The position numbers and the translations under genes are program-made. A stretch of DNA of 63,944 bases, filler included, from Octopus bimaculoides (taxonomy: Eukaryota), in NCBI RefSeq assembly GCF_001194135.2. It is 7 parts of 7 records of this genome, joined end to end, with 100 filler letters (N's around TTAATTAATTAA, not from the genome) between each part and the next. Parts side by side here need not be neighbours in the genome. Positions count along the whole stretch, not along the records: positions 8,767 to 18,248 come from NC_068983.1; positions 18,349 to 42,279 come from NC_068991.1; 5 more parts are not named here. One strand, written 5' to 3'. Of the stretch, positions 14,442 to 28,049 are shown one piece after another; position 1 is the first letter of the stretch; each line of letters begins with the position of its first letter. The notes under the pieces were generated by a model. It did not search any database and was not told the DNA's origin. It saw only the letters and a program-made list of their open reading frames with translations.

Positions 14442-14737
14442 CTCATAAATGTATAGGGATTGACAGTAACCTGCTTCTCCAACATACTGAGAATTCAGAA
14501 ATAGCAGTCAAAGAACTACTGATTTCAAAACTACAAATTTCCCTGCCCTGCATATCTATATATATTTATATATATATATGTATATGATTTTACCGATAAA
14601 GGTTTTTTTCATACTGAACTACTTGGCAAAATTGTTAATTATTAATTCTATTACTAATTGACGATTCCCTGCCCTTATTCTTGTATATATATGTATATAT
14701 ATATATGTATGTTTGTGTGTCTGTGTGACCTTCTATC

Positions 14738-14890
14738 CAGCACCACTTGTCCCCCTTGTGGAAGGAACTCCTGAGCAAGAATTGGGCTCATCAGTCACCT
14801 CCGCATCCATCAATAATGATAAGAAAAAAATAAACAAAACAAAAAGAAGAAAGCAAAGCCCTCTCATCCTTGACCTTGAGGGATAGATTG
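14738..14890 (+). mobile_element. RTE LINE extreme 3' end (C2H2 finger + UTR)
   Basis: TCPPCGRNS*ARIGLISHLRIHQ* matches the RTE terminal zinc finger. Confidence 0.65.
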
Positions 14891-15022
14891 ACCTTGTCCA
14901 CTCTGTATTGTTGTAAAAGTGCTTTGTGCATGTATTTAGACACATACATAAACATATCTATGAATTGTATGTATAATATGTTTACACACACATACACATG
15001 CATCTACCTATCTGCTTACCTA

Positions 15023-15129
<107 letters not shown>

Positions 15130-15263
15130 GCCTATCTGTCTATCTATCTGTCTATCTGTCTATCTATCTGCCTATCTGTCTATCTATCTGTCTATCTATC
15201 TGTCTATCTATCTATATNNNNNNNNNNNNNNNNNNNNNNNNNNNNNNNNNNNNNNNNNNNNNN

Positions 15264-15301
<38 letters not shown>

Positions 15302-15679
15302 GTAAATCTTTTACTTCTAGGTGTTAAGATGCCTTTATTCTTTGGAGTTGTCTTCTGTTTTCTCCATTACTTTTTTGTTCTTTCACTGTTTTCTATTTAC
15401 TTCTGTAAATGACAAGATGTGTGTTTCAGTATATAGCATATTCTACATACACACTATACTCTCTCTCTCACACACACACATCTCACACACACACACACAC
15501 GTGTGTGTATAGTGTGTATGTAGAATAGTTGATAAAGCTGTGGAGGTCTAGTTACTTGCTCCTGTTGAGAATGACATTTTAATTCTTTTCTTTATAATAC
15601 TTATGAATATATAAAGACATGTGTATTTAGAGTGTATATGTGAATGTATACTGACAACATAAAGGGTACTTTAACCCTT

Positions 15680-15990
15680 TAGCATTTCAATCATTCGACT
15701 GCCACCATGCTGGAGCACCACCTTGAAAGAATTTTAGTCGAATGAAGAGACATTAGTACTACTTTTTTAAGACCTGGTAGATATTGTATCGGTGTCAATT
15801 GCTTATGGGGATGTAAACACACCAACACCAGTTGTCAAACAGTGGTGGGGGACAAACACAGATACAAAAGCTCATCTACTCACAAGGCTTTGGTTGGCCT
15901 GAGGCTATAATAGAAGACACTTGCCCAAGGTACCATGCAGTGGGTCTGAACCCGGAACCATGTGGTTGGGAAGCAGACTTCTTATGAGAC
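15680..15990 (-). mobile_element. SINE family A copy
   Basis: Same head and tail motifs, internally shortened. Confidence 0.8.
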
Positions 15991-17033
15991 AGCCATGCCT
16001 ACACCTGTCAACATTAACAATGACAAAATCAATTTACCAATTTTTTCACTGTTTTCAGAATGAATTGAAGCAAAAGGTGTGTATTTCAATGGAAATGTCA
16101 TAAGGAAAGGATTAAGGGCTTCTGTTCAATTTCCATTTCTTTTTTTTTTGTTGGCTCAAGAGTTAGCCAATTAATTCTAGTTGTTTATTCCTTTTGTCTC
16201 TCCTCTACTCTCGCTTTTTTCTCCTCTACACTTCATCCTCTTTCCTCCACTCCATCTCCCTTCTATTCCACCCCCTTTTCTTACCATTGCTTAATCCAGT
16301 CATGTGACCCCTTCACCTCTCTATCTATATCATTAAGTTCAAATGAATTATGAGAAGACATTGTCCACCAACTCGTTCTTAATCTTCCTTTCTCAGGAGC
16401 AGCTTTCATCTCTTTTCCTTCCTTCCTTTCTTCCTTCCTTCTCTCTTTCAGTCAATCTTTTTTCTTTCTCTCCTCATGTTTTACTTTACCTCTTTATTTC
16501 TCTCACACCCACCTTTCTCCTTCATTCATTGGGTACTTTGTTACAATCTCATATTTTTGTAGGAGGTGATGATGATATCATTTCTAGCAGATTGAATGAC
16601 TGCATTAAGGTTCCCTCAGCAGCATATTTGAGTGTATTTCAGGAGGTCGTTAGTTGTAGAAGGAAATTCCTAGTGGTTTGTCATTTGGCTTGCGAAGGAA
16701 TTTAAGAGTGTTTTATGGAAAACAAAAGTTTAAAGGAAGGAAAAAAAAAGTAAAGAAATACAACTATAAATAAAAAACAATCATCATCATCATCATCCTT
16801 TAATGTCCACTGTCCATGCTTACATGGGTCAGATAGAAACTGTTGAATCAGATGTTCTACAGCCGGATGCCCTTCCTGTCACCAACAGTTACCTGTTTCC
16901 AAGCAAGGTAATATTTCCCCATGGCCAGACATGTTTTTCACAGACTAATAGAAACAAAAAAAAGAACATCACTTGTATAGCAGTGAATATTGCTAACAAT
17001 CAACACATAATATAAAGACAAGGGTACATGCAA

Positions 17034-17073
<40 letters not shown>

Positions 17074-17549
17074 CACCTTTCTGTAACTTGGGGGCATATC
17101 CTAAATCAGTTTCACCACCATCTTCCTTCACTTGCAACTGAGGTAACGAAGTATCCCCCTGATGACAAGACATCTGTTCTGATCCCTCTATATAATGGTT
17201 TAACCTCTCATTACCTGACATAAAGCCACCTCCCTGAGTACTATCGTGCCCCCTTCAATTGAGGGGTGTTGTCTTGCAAGTCACTAGTGCCAGTATCACA
17301 TAAAATGCACCTGATATGCTCTGTAAAGTGGTTTGCATTAGGAAAGGCTTCCGGCCATAGAAACCATGCCAAAGTCAACATTGGAGCCAGATGCAGTCCT
17401 CTGGTTCACCAGCTTCTGTTGAACCATCCAATCCATGCCAGCATGGAAAACGGATATTAAATGATGGCAATGATGATGATGATGATGAGGATGATGATGA
17501 TGAGGATGGTGATGATGATGATGATGACTGTTTATCTTTTATCTTTTAC

Positions 17550-17960
17550 TTGTTTCGGTTGTTAGACTGTGGCCATACTGTGGCATCGCCTTGAAGAGTT
17601 TTTAGTTGATTGAATCAATCCTGGTACTTCTTTTTTTTCCTTTCTGTTTCAAGACTGGTACTTACTCTATCAGACTATTTTGCCGCACTGCTAAGTTACA
17701 GGAATGTAAATATACCAACACAGGTTGTTAACTAGTGGTGGAGGATAAGCACAAGCATACACACATGCACAAACACACACACACACAACACACAACATAC
17801 ATGCAATGGGCTTCTTTCAGTTTCCATCTATCAAATCCACTCAAAAGGCTTTGGTCATCCTACAGCTATAGTAGAAGAAAGACACTTGTCCAAAGTGCCA
17901 CACAGTGGGACTGAGCCTGAAATCATGTGGTTGGGAAGCAAGCTTCTTACCACAGAGCCA
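17550..17960 (-). mobile_element. SINE family A copy (older)
   Basis: Same head and tail motifs. Further partial copies lie at 1615-1830, 4560-4745, 8420-8835, 14225-14400 and 59460-59680. Confidence 0.8.
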
Positions 17961-18054
17961 TGCGTGCATATGATGATATGCATATAGACTGAACCCAGGA
18001 CCACTTGGTTGGGAAGCAAGCTTCCTAACCACCCAGCCATACCCATACCTGTAC

Positions 18055-18248
18055 TCATCATCATCATCATCATCGTTTAACGTCCGCTTTCCATGCTAGC
18101 ATGGGTTGGACGATTTGACTGAGGACTGGTGAAACCGGATGGCAACACCAGGCTCCAATCTAATTTGGCAGAGTTTCTACAGCTGGATGCCCTTCCTAAC
18201 GCCAACCACTCAGAGAGTGTAGTGGGTGCTTTTACGTGTCACCCGCAC
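18055..18248 (-). mobile_element. RTE 3'-end copy
   Basis: Colinear with about 60730-60930; (cat)n then gtttaacgtccgctttccatgctagc. Confidence 0.75.
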
Positions 18249-18348
18249 NNNNNNNNNNNNNNNNNNNNNNNNNNNNNNNNNNNNNNNNNNNNTTAATTAA
18301 TTAANNNNNNNNNNNNNNNNNNNNNNNNNNNNNNNNNNNNNNNNNNNN

Positions 18349-19646
18349 ATGTCGTACAGCTGTCGGTCAACAGTGGGGTTTGGGATTTCTGCTTTGATGG
18401 TTTCATCTATAAGTGTAGGGTCTATTTTGGTGACCAACCAAACCAAAATGTGTGCGTGTGGCAACCCTCTCTTCTGCCACTCAACAGTATACATGTGACA
18501 CTTAACAGGACTAAACACCTGCCCTTTTTTGATGAAATCAATTAGCCTAGTCAGCTTCTGCTTGAAAATCCTGGCAATAAGATCATGCCGATGGCAGTAC
18601 TGCTGGTGTGGGAGAAGTTCCCGTGTTACCTCAACCCACTTGGGGTTATATGTAAACGTGATGGATAAATCAGGGAGTCCATAGTGCTGAACGAAAGTCA
18701 TAACGTCTTGTGTTCGCTCGTGTATGTATTGTGGCCCCCTGTATATGTTGAGTGGAGGATGCACATTTTGCCGATGTTTCTTGGGTCAGCGTCATTATTG
18801 ATGCCATCACGCAAATGGATGTAGGAATCTGATCGCAGCTTCTTCTAAGTGACAGGTATTTGCATGTATCTGTGTATTTGTATGTAAGTGTATAGGTGGC
18901 ATTTCATGTGCGGAATAAAAGGTGAAGGTTGTTATAGAAAGAGGAAATGACATTGTGTTACAGGGGAAAATATTTATTTAACTCTCTTTTTCTTTCGTTT
19001 CTCTGTTAGGGCTTAGTTCCCGCCAATTAGAATGAGGTCATTGGTAACCATAGGTACATATATATGTGTGTATTTACGTNNNNNNNNNNNNNNNNNNNNN
19101 NNNNNNNNNNNNNNNNNNNNNNNNNNNNNNNNNNNNNNNNNNNNNNNNNNNNNNNNNNNNNNNNNNNNNNNNNNNNNNNNNNNNNNNNNNNNNNNNNNNN
19201 NNNNNNNNNNNNNNNNNNNNNNNNNNNNNNNNNNNNNNNNNNNNNNNGATGCACATTTTGCCGATGTTTCTTGGGTCAGCGTCATTATTGATGCCATCAC
19301 GCAAATGGATGTAGGAATCTGATCGCAGCTTCTTCTAAGTGACAGGTATTTGCATGTATCTGTGTATTTGTATGTAAGTGTATAGGTGGCATTTCATGTG
19401 CGGAATAAAAGGTGAAGGTTGTTATAGAAAGAGGAAATTAGATTTTATTAGGGAGAAAATGTTTACCTCCGTAGTTTTACGGATTTTATTCATTATTAGG
19501 AAATTTTTGGAGTGAAAAAATGACGCAGTGACCTTGTATTTAGAATATTAATTGCGATTGTTTAATCGAAGAAATTTTGAATTGTGTAAATGTATTAATT
19601 TTAAACATACACACACACAGAGTAGATTTGCCTTTTATAGTATAGA
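18349..19646 (-). mobile_element. Internally deleted Helitron: 5' TC terminus plus Rep (HUH) fragment
   Basis: KKLRSDSYIHLRDG..GPQYIHERTQD..PDLSITFTYNPKW..YTVEWQKRGLPHAHIL at about 18349-18845, with a 1-nt frameshift in a G run. The A|TCTATACTATAAAA 5' end is at 19646. Confidence 0.88.
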
Positions 19647-20329
19647 TACAATCAGATTGTAAGTGAGCGACAAAACTAATAGAAGGGTACTTTTTACGGA
19701 GAACAAAACCATTTAAAGACTTGAGAAGTATTTCACAAGGAATTCAGTCATAATTTTATAATTAACGCATGGGTTTGTCTGCTTAGCGATGTCCTCTAAT
19801 TTTTCCGTGGTATTTTCCACATTAAAATCAGAATGTGAATAAGCATTCTATCTAATATGTAAATGAAAGAATAATCTTGTACATCAATATTAAACTGTTA
19901 ATTGCACTCAATTATATACATACATATTTGTATGTGTGCATGCATATATGTATATATATTACTGGTGAAGGCCTGTTTATAGCGTTATCCTGGGTTTCTC
20001 GCCATAAAGAGTATCTTTATGGCATATCATCAGACCCTAATACATGTTGGTCTATGGTCTCTTTAAAGCATGGAGGGAGAAACGAACCGGATACAAACAA
20101 TGGGGTTATCTCCCTCTTCTGGTGGTTATCGGCTTACAGCTATGTCGTCCTCCTTCAGTTACGCCACCTGTCGGTTGTGAGGGTAGAAGGTAGGACTTAT
20201 CTCCCACTTTCATCAGCAATCAATTTCCAGCCGTGGTGTAAATATTATCGCTAATACCACTATTATCGTTATTATGTGGTTCTTGAAATGCAAGCACAGC
20301 CCGAAAATCTCCATTCTGGAGTTCAGTAT

Positions 20330-20550
20330 GTTTCAGTATTTCCTGAAAAGCTCGCACATACCAGGGAACATACTGAACATAAATAAGGATAAAATGAAGT
20401 ACAGCATAACTTGGTCCATAGTAAGGTACGCGAAATCATACAATATAATTTCCAGGAGATGCTGTTTCTGCTCCGAGGAATCCTGTCTATTCTGTGGACT
20501 TACGAGAAGATCATTAATAGAATTTCTGAAATGCTCGTTCGCACAATGCA
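20330..20550 (+). mobile_element. Penelope-like endonuclease C-terminal remnant
   Basis: YSITWSIVRYAKSYNIISRRCCFCSEE..IINRISEM resembles the WEIVCKAKSY..CNL tail of the element at 52.7-55 kb. Confidence 0.55.
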
Positions 20551-21231
20551 GTGGGAATGAATTTTGAGTAACCGTTGATATAATTTAATTTACTTTAAGA
20601 TATGGATGACTTAAGTTTACTTTTAACCTCTCCATTCTTACAAACACCCAGTAGATAGTTAACTCGCTTTGTGATCATGAGTGCACCAAACATCACCTGT
20701 GCGTATGCTCGCATTTTCGCGGATGCTTGTATGAGCGAGTGTAATCGCGCCATGCAGCTTGTCCAAGGGCGTTTATACATTCATATTTGTTAACGATTAT
20801 TTTTAATACTTTTCTTGCTGTATTGCGTGTTCGTTTCTCTTTTTGTCATCTGTGATTTTATTTTTGGTCTTCTATATAAATGAAGATATTTTCTCCGTCT
20901 GGCTGTTTTTCTTTCTACGAAACGAGAAGTTACATTAAGGAACAGTTATTTTAACGAGTTGTATCTATTTAACACCTGACAAGATACATCTGCACCGGCG
21001 TATGCTCCTGAACCAATTGTTGAGTGTCCCACCCATGAGGGATCGATGCTAGATGTGTTGAAATAATTGTCGGGGTTAATAAATTCTCGTATATTCCATC
21101 TTCCCTCTTTCCTTTGCCATATATATACACACACGCATCCACCCCTTACCCCATTTTAATCGCAGACAGTACTTAACTAGAGCGCTCAAAATCTAAGACT
21201 CGTTGCAATTGTTGGCTCTCACTATCACTGA

Positions 21232-21545
21232 AGTGGAGGCACATGGCCTAGTGGTTAAAGCAGCAACTCGCGGTCGAGGGATCATGGATTCGAATCTCAG
21301 TCCGGGCGATGTGTGTGTTTATGAGCAAAACACCTAAGCTCTACGCGGCTGCAGCAGAAGGTAATGGCTAACTTCTGCTGACTCTTTCGCCACAACTTTC
21401 TCCCACTCTTTCCTCCTGCTTCTAGCAGCTCACCTGTGACGGACCAACGTCCCGTCCAGGTAGGGAACCTGCACGCCAATGAAACCGGGAAACCGGCCCT
21501 TATGAGCCAGGCATGGCTCGAGAAGGCACAAACAATGACAACAAC
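21232..21545 (+). mobile_element. tRNA-derived SINE family C (V-domain-like)
   Basis: A box tggcctagtgg, B box ggattcgaatc, core gacggaccaacgtcccgtccagg..gaaaccgggaaaccggcc; homologous to 48030-48320. Confidence 0.8.
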
Positions 21546-21619
21546 ACTATCATAGGATATTTTTTAGCAAATGCACTTTCTTAACGTAACTATGACTGTA
21601 TCGTAACACGTGTCTTTTC

Positions 21620-22115
21620 TCTTCAGGGCCAGAAAGTACTTCATACCTCAACAATTATTCATATTCTACAAAACTCAGATGAGACTCATATTGGAGTATT
21701 ACTCTCAAGTGTAGGACTGCTGCTGCTGCAGCTATGCACAGAGATGCATCGCGAAAAGAGCCATCCGTCTAATTGGCCTAAAGTTACAGAGATATTCTAG
21801 CTTCTGACCCACAAGTACGTTGTATTCTCTATCTACCTTTTCTACCACTACTATGATGGACTCAGCACCTCGGAGCTGGCTGGGCTTATGCTACCTCTAC
21901 TCAAGCACTTCCATTCCATTCATTTCTCTTCTTCTCATCACCCTTGCTGTGTCAAACCCCGCAAGTCCTGCATTAATCACTAATTCAAGACATTCCTTTT
22001 CAGAACGCCCGCCCTCTGGGTTTCCTTTTCTGCTCATATCTTTGCTGCAGGTGTTGACTTACAAAGCTTCAAAAGGAACGTTTATAATATCCACCGCTTT
22101 GGTCTTGGAGGATTT
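21620..22115 (+). mobile_element. CR1-group LINE 3' remnant
   Basis: FRARKYFIPQQLFIFYKTQMRLILEY..KRAIRLIG..FRTPALW..DLQSFKRNV. Confidence 0.8.
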
Positions 22116-24044
22116 CTAAGAGTAATGGACACATTCCTTTCTTCCTGATCCGACTTGTTAAAACATGATTATATTAACAACAGTAACAACAACAAAACTG
22201 CCACTTTCATAACCACACCCACCACACATACACACACAAACACACATACATCTGCTCACACAGACAGACGCGCACACACATACATGATAATTAATATTTG
22301 TTCTATTATTCCTATTTTATTTGTAATATGTGGGGCAAATGATTTTCAGAAGAACCAAAATTTAAATTTAACTGTGTAATACTCAAAAGCAAGATCGCAA
22401 ATAATCACATTAATCGATGATAGTCGGTGAAATTAAGATTTTATATTCAAAGAAATAAACTGAATCTATCGGTTCTTTTGTTGAAGCAATAAAAAACAAA
22501 CAAACAAACAAACGAAAAATGATACTTTCTGGTAAACACTTTTGACACATAGCTAAATAATTAATTTGCTTTTGATAAAGTCAAGATTTGAAAGAAAAAA
22601 AAAATCCGATTCAAGCTGTTAATGCACATTATTTTAGAAATATATAAACTGAAGCGAAAGGAAGAAAATTTCCTAATTAAGATTATTCGCTTGAAGGAAA
22701 CCTCCGATATTCCCATAAAATAACGACTGCGGTGGCATAAATGATAAACTTCTGGTAGACCAAATATACGAAATGGTTTCGATACCCTTCACCCTCTATC
22801 AATAATAGTCTTGAGGAGGACTCCGGCGATTTTTTGTCTTTGAAGTACGGATCCAAAGTGCCGAGACAAAACAAAACAATATTAAATGAATACAAGAACC
22901 ATAACAACTAACACAACAAAAACAACAAAACCAATTGTTGACAAGTGATTATCAATTAGGTGAAAATTTGAACAATGATAACTCAGTTATAGGTTGTACG
23001 TTAATATGAATTTATTGTAAGCAAGGACATTATTTTTTACTATTACCATGGACACGCTATTTCGTAATCTTTGCAATTTAAAATTCCATCTGAGTTAACC
23101 TCGAAGTTGATAATTTTTTGCATTATTTTCGTTACAGATATTATCAAATGTAACATTAATTATAAATTATACGAAAAACACAACATTTGCTAATTTATTT
23201 GAAAATCCAATTAAAACGTCTTGATTAAAACTAAACAAAATTCACAAGTTGTTTTCATTTTTATAATACAAATATATACATACATACATACATGCATATA
23301 TGCATGCATGCACACATGCTTTCACGCATACATACATACATACATACATACATACATACACACTCCTACAACTCGGGTAGTTGTAGTTTTATGTGAATAG
23401 TTGTAGTATTATCACGCATAGATTTAATTGATTCATCTCTTGAAATCAAAATTATCCATTAATGTGTGAACAACCACATTGAAAGCAAGAGAAATAGAAA
23501 TTGTGACGTTCATGCTTTTCCAAGAGTATTTGCGGTATTAAGTAAATTGAAAGAGCTAAAACAGATAATCAATTCTCATGGAATTTAGCTCTTTATTCTT
23601 TAGCTTTTATCAATTTACTAATAATATCAGGAATAATTCATAAAGAAGCGATTTGAAGTTAGTAATCATCACTGTTTCCTTCTCAAATTTTAAGCGACAT
23701 ATATTATTTCGATTGGTGTCATAGTAAATAGTTGTGCACTGGAGGAAACCACGGAACGTCGGACTGTATAGTTTGTTTTCTTTATGTTCCAGGTTCAGGT
23801 TCTATCGAGATTGGTTTTGCTTTTGTCCCTCGGAGTATCTAGAGCTGAATTAATCAAATAACCTTTCTATTATACAAATTTTGGCATTGAAACAATGTAA
23901 TCATCATAATTATTTGAAGTAACCTGGAGCAGATAAAATAAGGAGCAAGTCATGTACAAGGGTCAATGAAATCGACTAAGCCCCTTCCATAAAAATTTTT
24001 GGCTTTTGTTAACATCAGAAACCCTTATTTAAAGTTATTATTAA

Positions 24045-24252
24045 CAGATGCAGGCGTGGGTGTGTGATAACAATCTTGCTTCCCAGCCACATTGTTCCGG
24101 GTTCAGTTCCACTGCTTGGCACCTTGGGTAAGTGTTTCCTATTATAGCCTCGGGTCGACCAAAGCCTTGGGAGTGGATTTGGTAGATGGAAACTGAAAGA
24201 AGCCCTTCATAATATATATATATATATATATANNNNNNNNNNNNNNNNNNNN

Positions 24253-24292
<40 letters not shown>

Positions 24293-24495
24293 TGTGTGTG
24301 TGAGTGTGTGTGTGTGCGTCTTTGTGTCTGTGATTGTCTCCCGCCCGCTTGACAATCGGTGTTAGGGTGCTTACGTCCCCGTAACTTAGTGGTTTGGCAA
24401 AAGTGATTGATAGAATAAGTACCAGGTTTAAAAATGTACTGGAGGTCAATTCGTTCAACTAAAAATTCTTCAAGACTGAAACAAATAATAAAAGA
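24045..24495 (+). mobile_element. SINE family A copy
   Basis: Colinear with the other family A copies. Confidence 0.85.
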
Positions 24496-24855
24496 TAAAA
24501 AAATTAACCTTATTTAAATACCAAAGCATTTTTTGATGATAGCAGGAAATTGGAATTTCATTAACTCCATGTGGATTACATAATTATATTCCTTTTATCA
24601 AAAAGGAATACACCAATGTTTTCCAAGAGAGGAAACATTCAGGTAAGAATCAACCCGATTTTCGTACAAAACAAAATGGTCATTCAGCTGAGTGAAACAA
24701 AACCCTTCTTTTATTGAGATATTGAAATGAAAACAGACGAAAGGAGCCATAAGGGAAGAAATAGAAAGACAATTATCACCATCGAAAATTAATGAAGTGT
24801 TTGAAAAACTCTTCGACAGATTATTATCATTTAATATCTGATATACATATTTATG

Positions 24856-25070
24856 GAAAGATGGTGAGCTGGCAGAATCGTAAGCACGCTGGGCAAAATT
24901 CTTAGTGGCATTTCGTGCATCTTTATTTTCTAAGTTCAAATTCTACCGAAGTCGACTTTACCATTCATCCTTTCGGTGTCGAGAAAATAAGTACTAGTCA
25001 AACACTGGGCTCGATATAATCGACTACTTCCTCTCTCGAAATTGCTGGCCTTGCACAAACATTTGAGACC
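24856..25070 (+). mobile_element. SINE family B copy
   Basis: Same head and core; further decayed copies at about 7830-7960 (-), 7980-8140 (+) and 8200-8410 (+). Confidence 0.8.
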
Positions 25071-27131
25071 AATATATGATATGTGGTGCTTTCTGAAAAA
25101 CTTCTGCCAAGTTGAATCACTCAAAAAATAAATCAAACACGTTGTAGAAATTCCTACGTTCAATATTTCACTTGTTGCTATAATAACAGCAACGATCGAC
25201 AGGACTGAAATTCTAGTTAATGTGTAAATCACTGTTGGAAACTGATACAAAGTGAAACATTTACGCTTCTTTGCTTGATGTAGTGGAACATTCTTTCTAA
25301 CATCTCTTGCACCGATCAATCAAAACCTTAGCATCTGAGTTTATATTTCACTACAAGAATCACCTGTTTGAGTTGAAATACATCGTTATTAATAAAATAA
25401 TTCACACATACGCACAGAGATATACACGCGCGTACACGGACGAGCACACACAAGTAAAGACCAACTGAATGAAATTTTCATTCTTTTACACGCATTTATG
25501 TCTTCCAAATATTCTCGGATTAATAACTGAATGTTGATTTGTAGTGTAATCGATAACTTGCATTACGATGGACCATCAGATCTACCTCCCTCCAGTTCAG
25601 TTTTTCCTTCACTCATGCAATAACTGCATTTCTTGAGAAGCCCAGAATACGCAACTTAATCTTCTGTCTAATACAAGGCACCAAGTGGACCAAATTTAAC
25701 GAGTAGGTTTCGATTTTCTGTTATAACTAGTTCACTATAATCATGCCCCTGAATTGGAAATATCATAATATCCAGCTTTAATTTCCATTTCCCCCTTTCT
25801 TTATAAATAAATATTTTTGACTTGTATAAGAAATAAAAACAGCCAGATTTGGATAATTTTTTGCTTCCTATCTACCTCAAATTCTCTTTAGAAATTATGT
25901 GACACAATCTCGTATTGTCCCGTTAGACCCATGGCTTTGAAAGAAGTATTCGCCATTGGGATGCTAAGGGTCGGTGGTTCGAGTTAAACTTCTAACGAGC
26001 TTAATACGTAGTTGAGGTGGAACAATATCATGTCACTGTAATGGCTTATGTTACAGACATAAATGTATTTCTTGGTTTTCTTATCTCAAAGAACGTACTC
26101 TCCCACATAAAAGTAATAATCACATGTGTTTTTTTTTTTACTAGACATAAATATCCAACATGTCAAGGGTGGAGAAATAGAACTGCGTGATATTTATACT
26201 TTTCTGAAAGTATGCAATGTGTAAAGAGACTTAACATGTATGAAGAATCGGAAATGGATTCTAAGCTTGCCAGTATCGGTGCTCCCGTGCTCCCGTCTTT
26301 TGCTGGCTGCGGTTATCTTTACAGCGGCCCATGTTATGTTGGCCTTCCTCACGTCAGTTCTGAATGTTCGGCGCCGTATAATCTCTTTTCTTTTTTCATT
26401 CTGTTCTAGAATGGCTATGTTTTGGTATCTGAAGTATGCGACCTGATAATTTCAATCTTCATACCGTGATGATGTCATGTTAATTGATGAATCAAAGTAC
26501 ATCGATCAGCGTTATTGCGTAATAGGTATGCTATCAAGAGGCTCAAAAAATTCACAATCCAATTTTGATACGGTGCTAAAGAGAATCCATTTTACTTAAA
26601 CTTCTAATGTCTTTTCCGTTGTCAGCGTGTGTCTACGTAAGAAAGCAATTGATAAAAAAAAAAGAAGAAAAAACGCAAGAAGAACAAGTACAAGACGAAA
26701 GAAAGGAGAATGATATTGACCTGGAATCCTGCATTCTGCTTGTATTCAGAATATGCACACACTATAGCGGAGTTCTTTAAAATATATGAGCGTTATACAT
26801 TACTTTTTTTTAGCTCTATCTTAAGTTTTAAAGAGCGGCAGTTACAGTCACGCTTGGCTCGTAGCACAAAAAGAAAATATTCCCACTAAAAAATTTACGT
26901 TTATAATATGTAGATGGTACTAAAGTTACTGATTGGCAATTTGTTATATATGTAAGATATAACATAAAACTGGATAAATCCCCAACACTAGCTCAGTTGT
27001 CTGTGTTGTGAAGATCACAACACAGACGACATAATGAGGTTTATCGTTTCTATCCAATAGTCCAAGGGAAAAGAAACAAATACGTGTCACCAGGAGTTTC
27101 AACGTCAAATATATGGATCCCCATTAACAAT

Positions 27132-27219
<88 letters not shown>

Positions 27220-28049
27220 GTGAAAGAGAGAGCAGTGCATGCCATCAAAGTGATTCTGGGATACAAATTTACGAAGCCCATTTTATTCATCATGATTACC
27301 CGTCAGATAAAGGTACACCAGGCACATGCATCACAATCATATGAGCGCGACATGGGGACCTCATATCAAAATAAACAGTGCGTAACCTTGCAAGTGGGTC
27401 CTAGCTAGAACTTTTATCCTGCTCAAAAGATCCATTAATAAGTGTTGTTTAAGGATATAGTACCCATATTTCCAGAGGTGAATCATTCAAATCCCAAAGA
27501 AGTCCTCTCAACATATGGTTATGATGTTCCTCAAACACTCCTATTCGTGATCAGAGGCGCACATATCGTCAGCCATCAAGGGACATGCTCAACTGGTTAA
27601 GGTCAAGCAACTGATAAGCAATTCTATGGTATTGAGCAGAATATTTGCTGTAGCCCATCTTATACACTAATACAAAATATGTACATGTTAACACTTCCAA
27701 TCAGTTAAGATCAGAAGCCATGAGATCCACGACACGCATTATGTACAGACGAATTTTTGATTCTCTCCTCGAAACACGATCCATGATATCCTTCATTGGA
27801 GTACTTGTTAAGAGAACTATAATTACCTAAGGAAGGGCTGTTTTCGATACTCGGGGCTAGAAAAATAGGTTTCTTTCATAAGCTTTTACAATTTTATTTA
27901 CACTCATTACATTTGTGTACCTAAAATGGCTACCGCACACAAAATATGCAATAAGACTAAACACTACAATGGTAGAAAACCCTCCCCATAAAATCAAAAC
28001 ATTCTACTAAATCTACAAGAGGGGAAAATGAATACTTTAGTGGAAAATT

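Noticed and set aside
13517-14456. Gly/Ser-rich, poly-V, poly-T and His/Tyr ORFs
   Set aside because: All frames are open because of trinucleotide microsatellites and N runs; there is no splice or domain support.
24598-24939. 113-aa minus-strand ORF and a strong plus-strand donor at 24643
   Set aside because: The ORF starts within a SINE B copy, no recognisable domain was found, and no convincing exon chain could be built.
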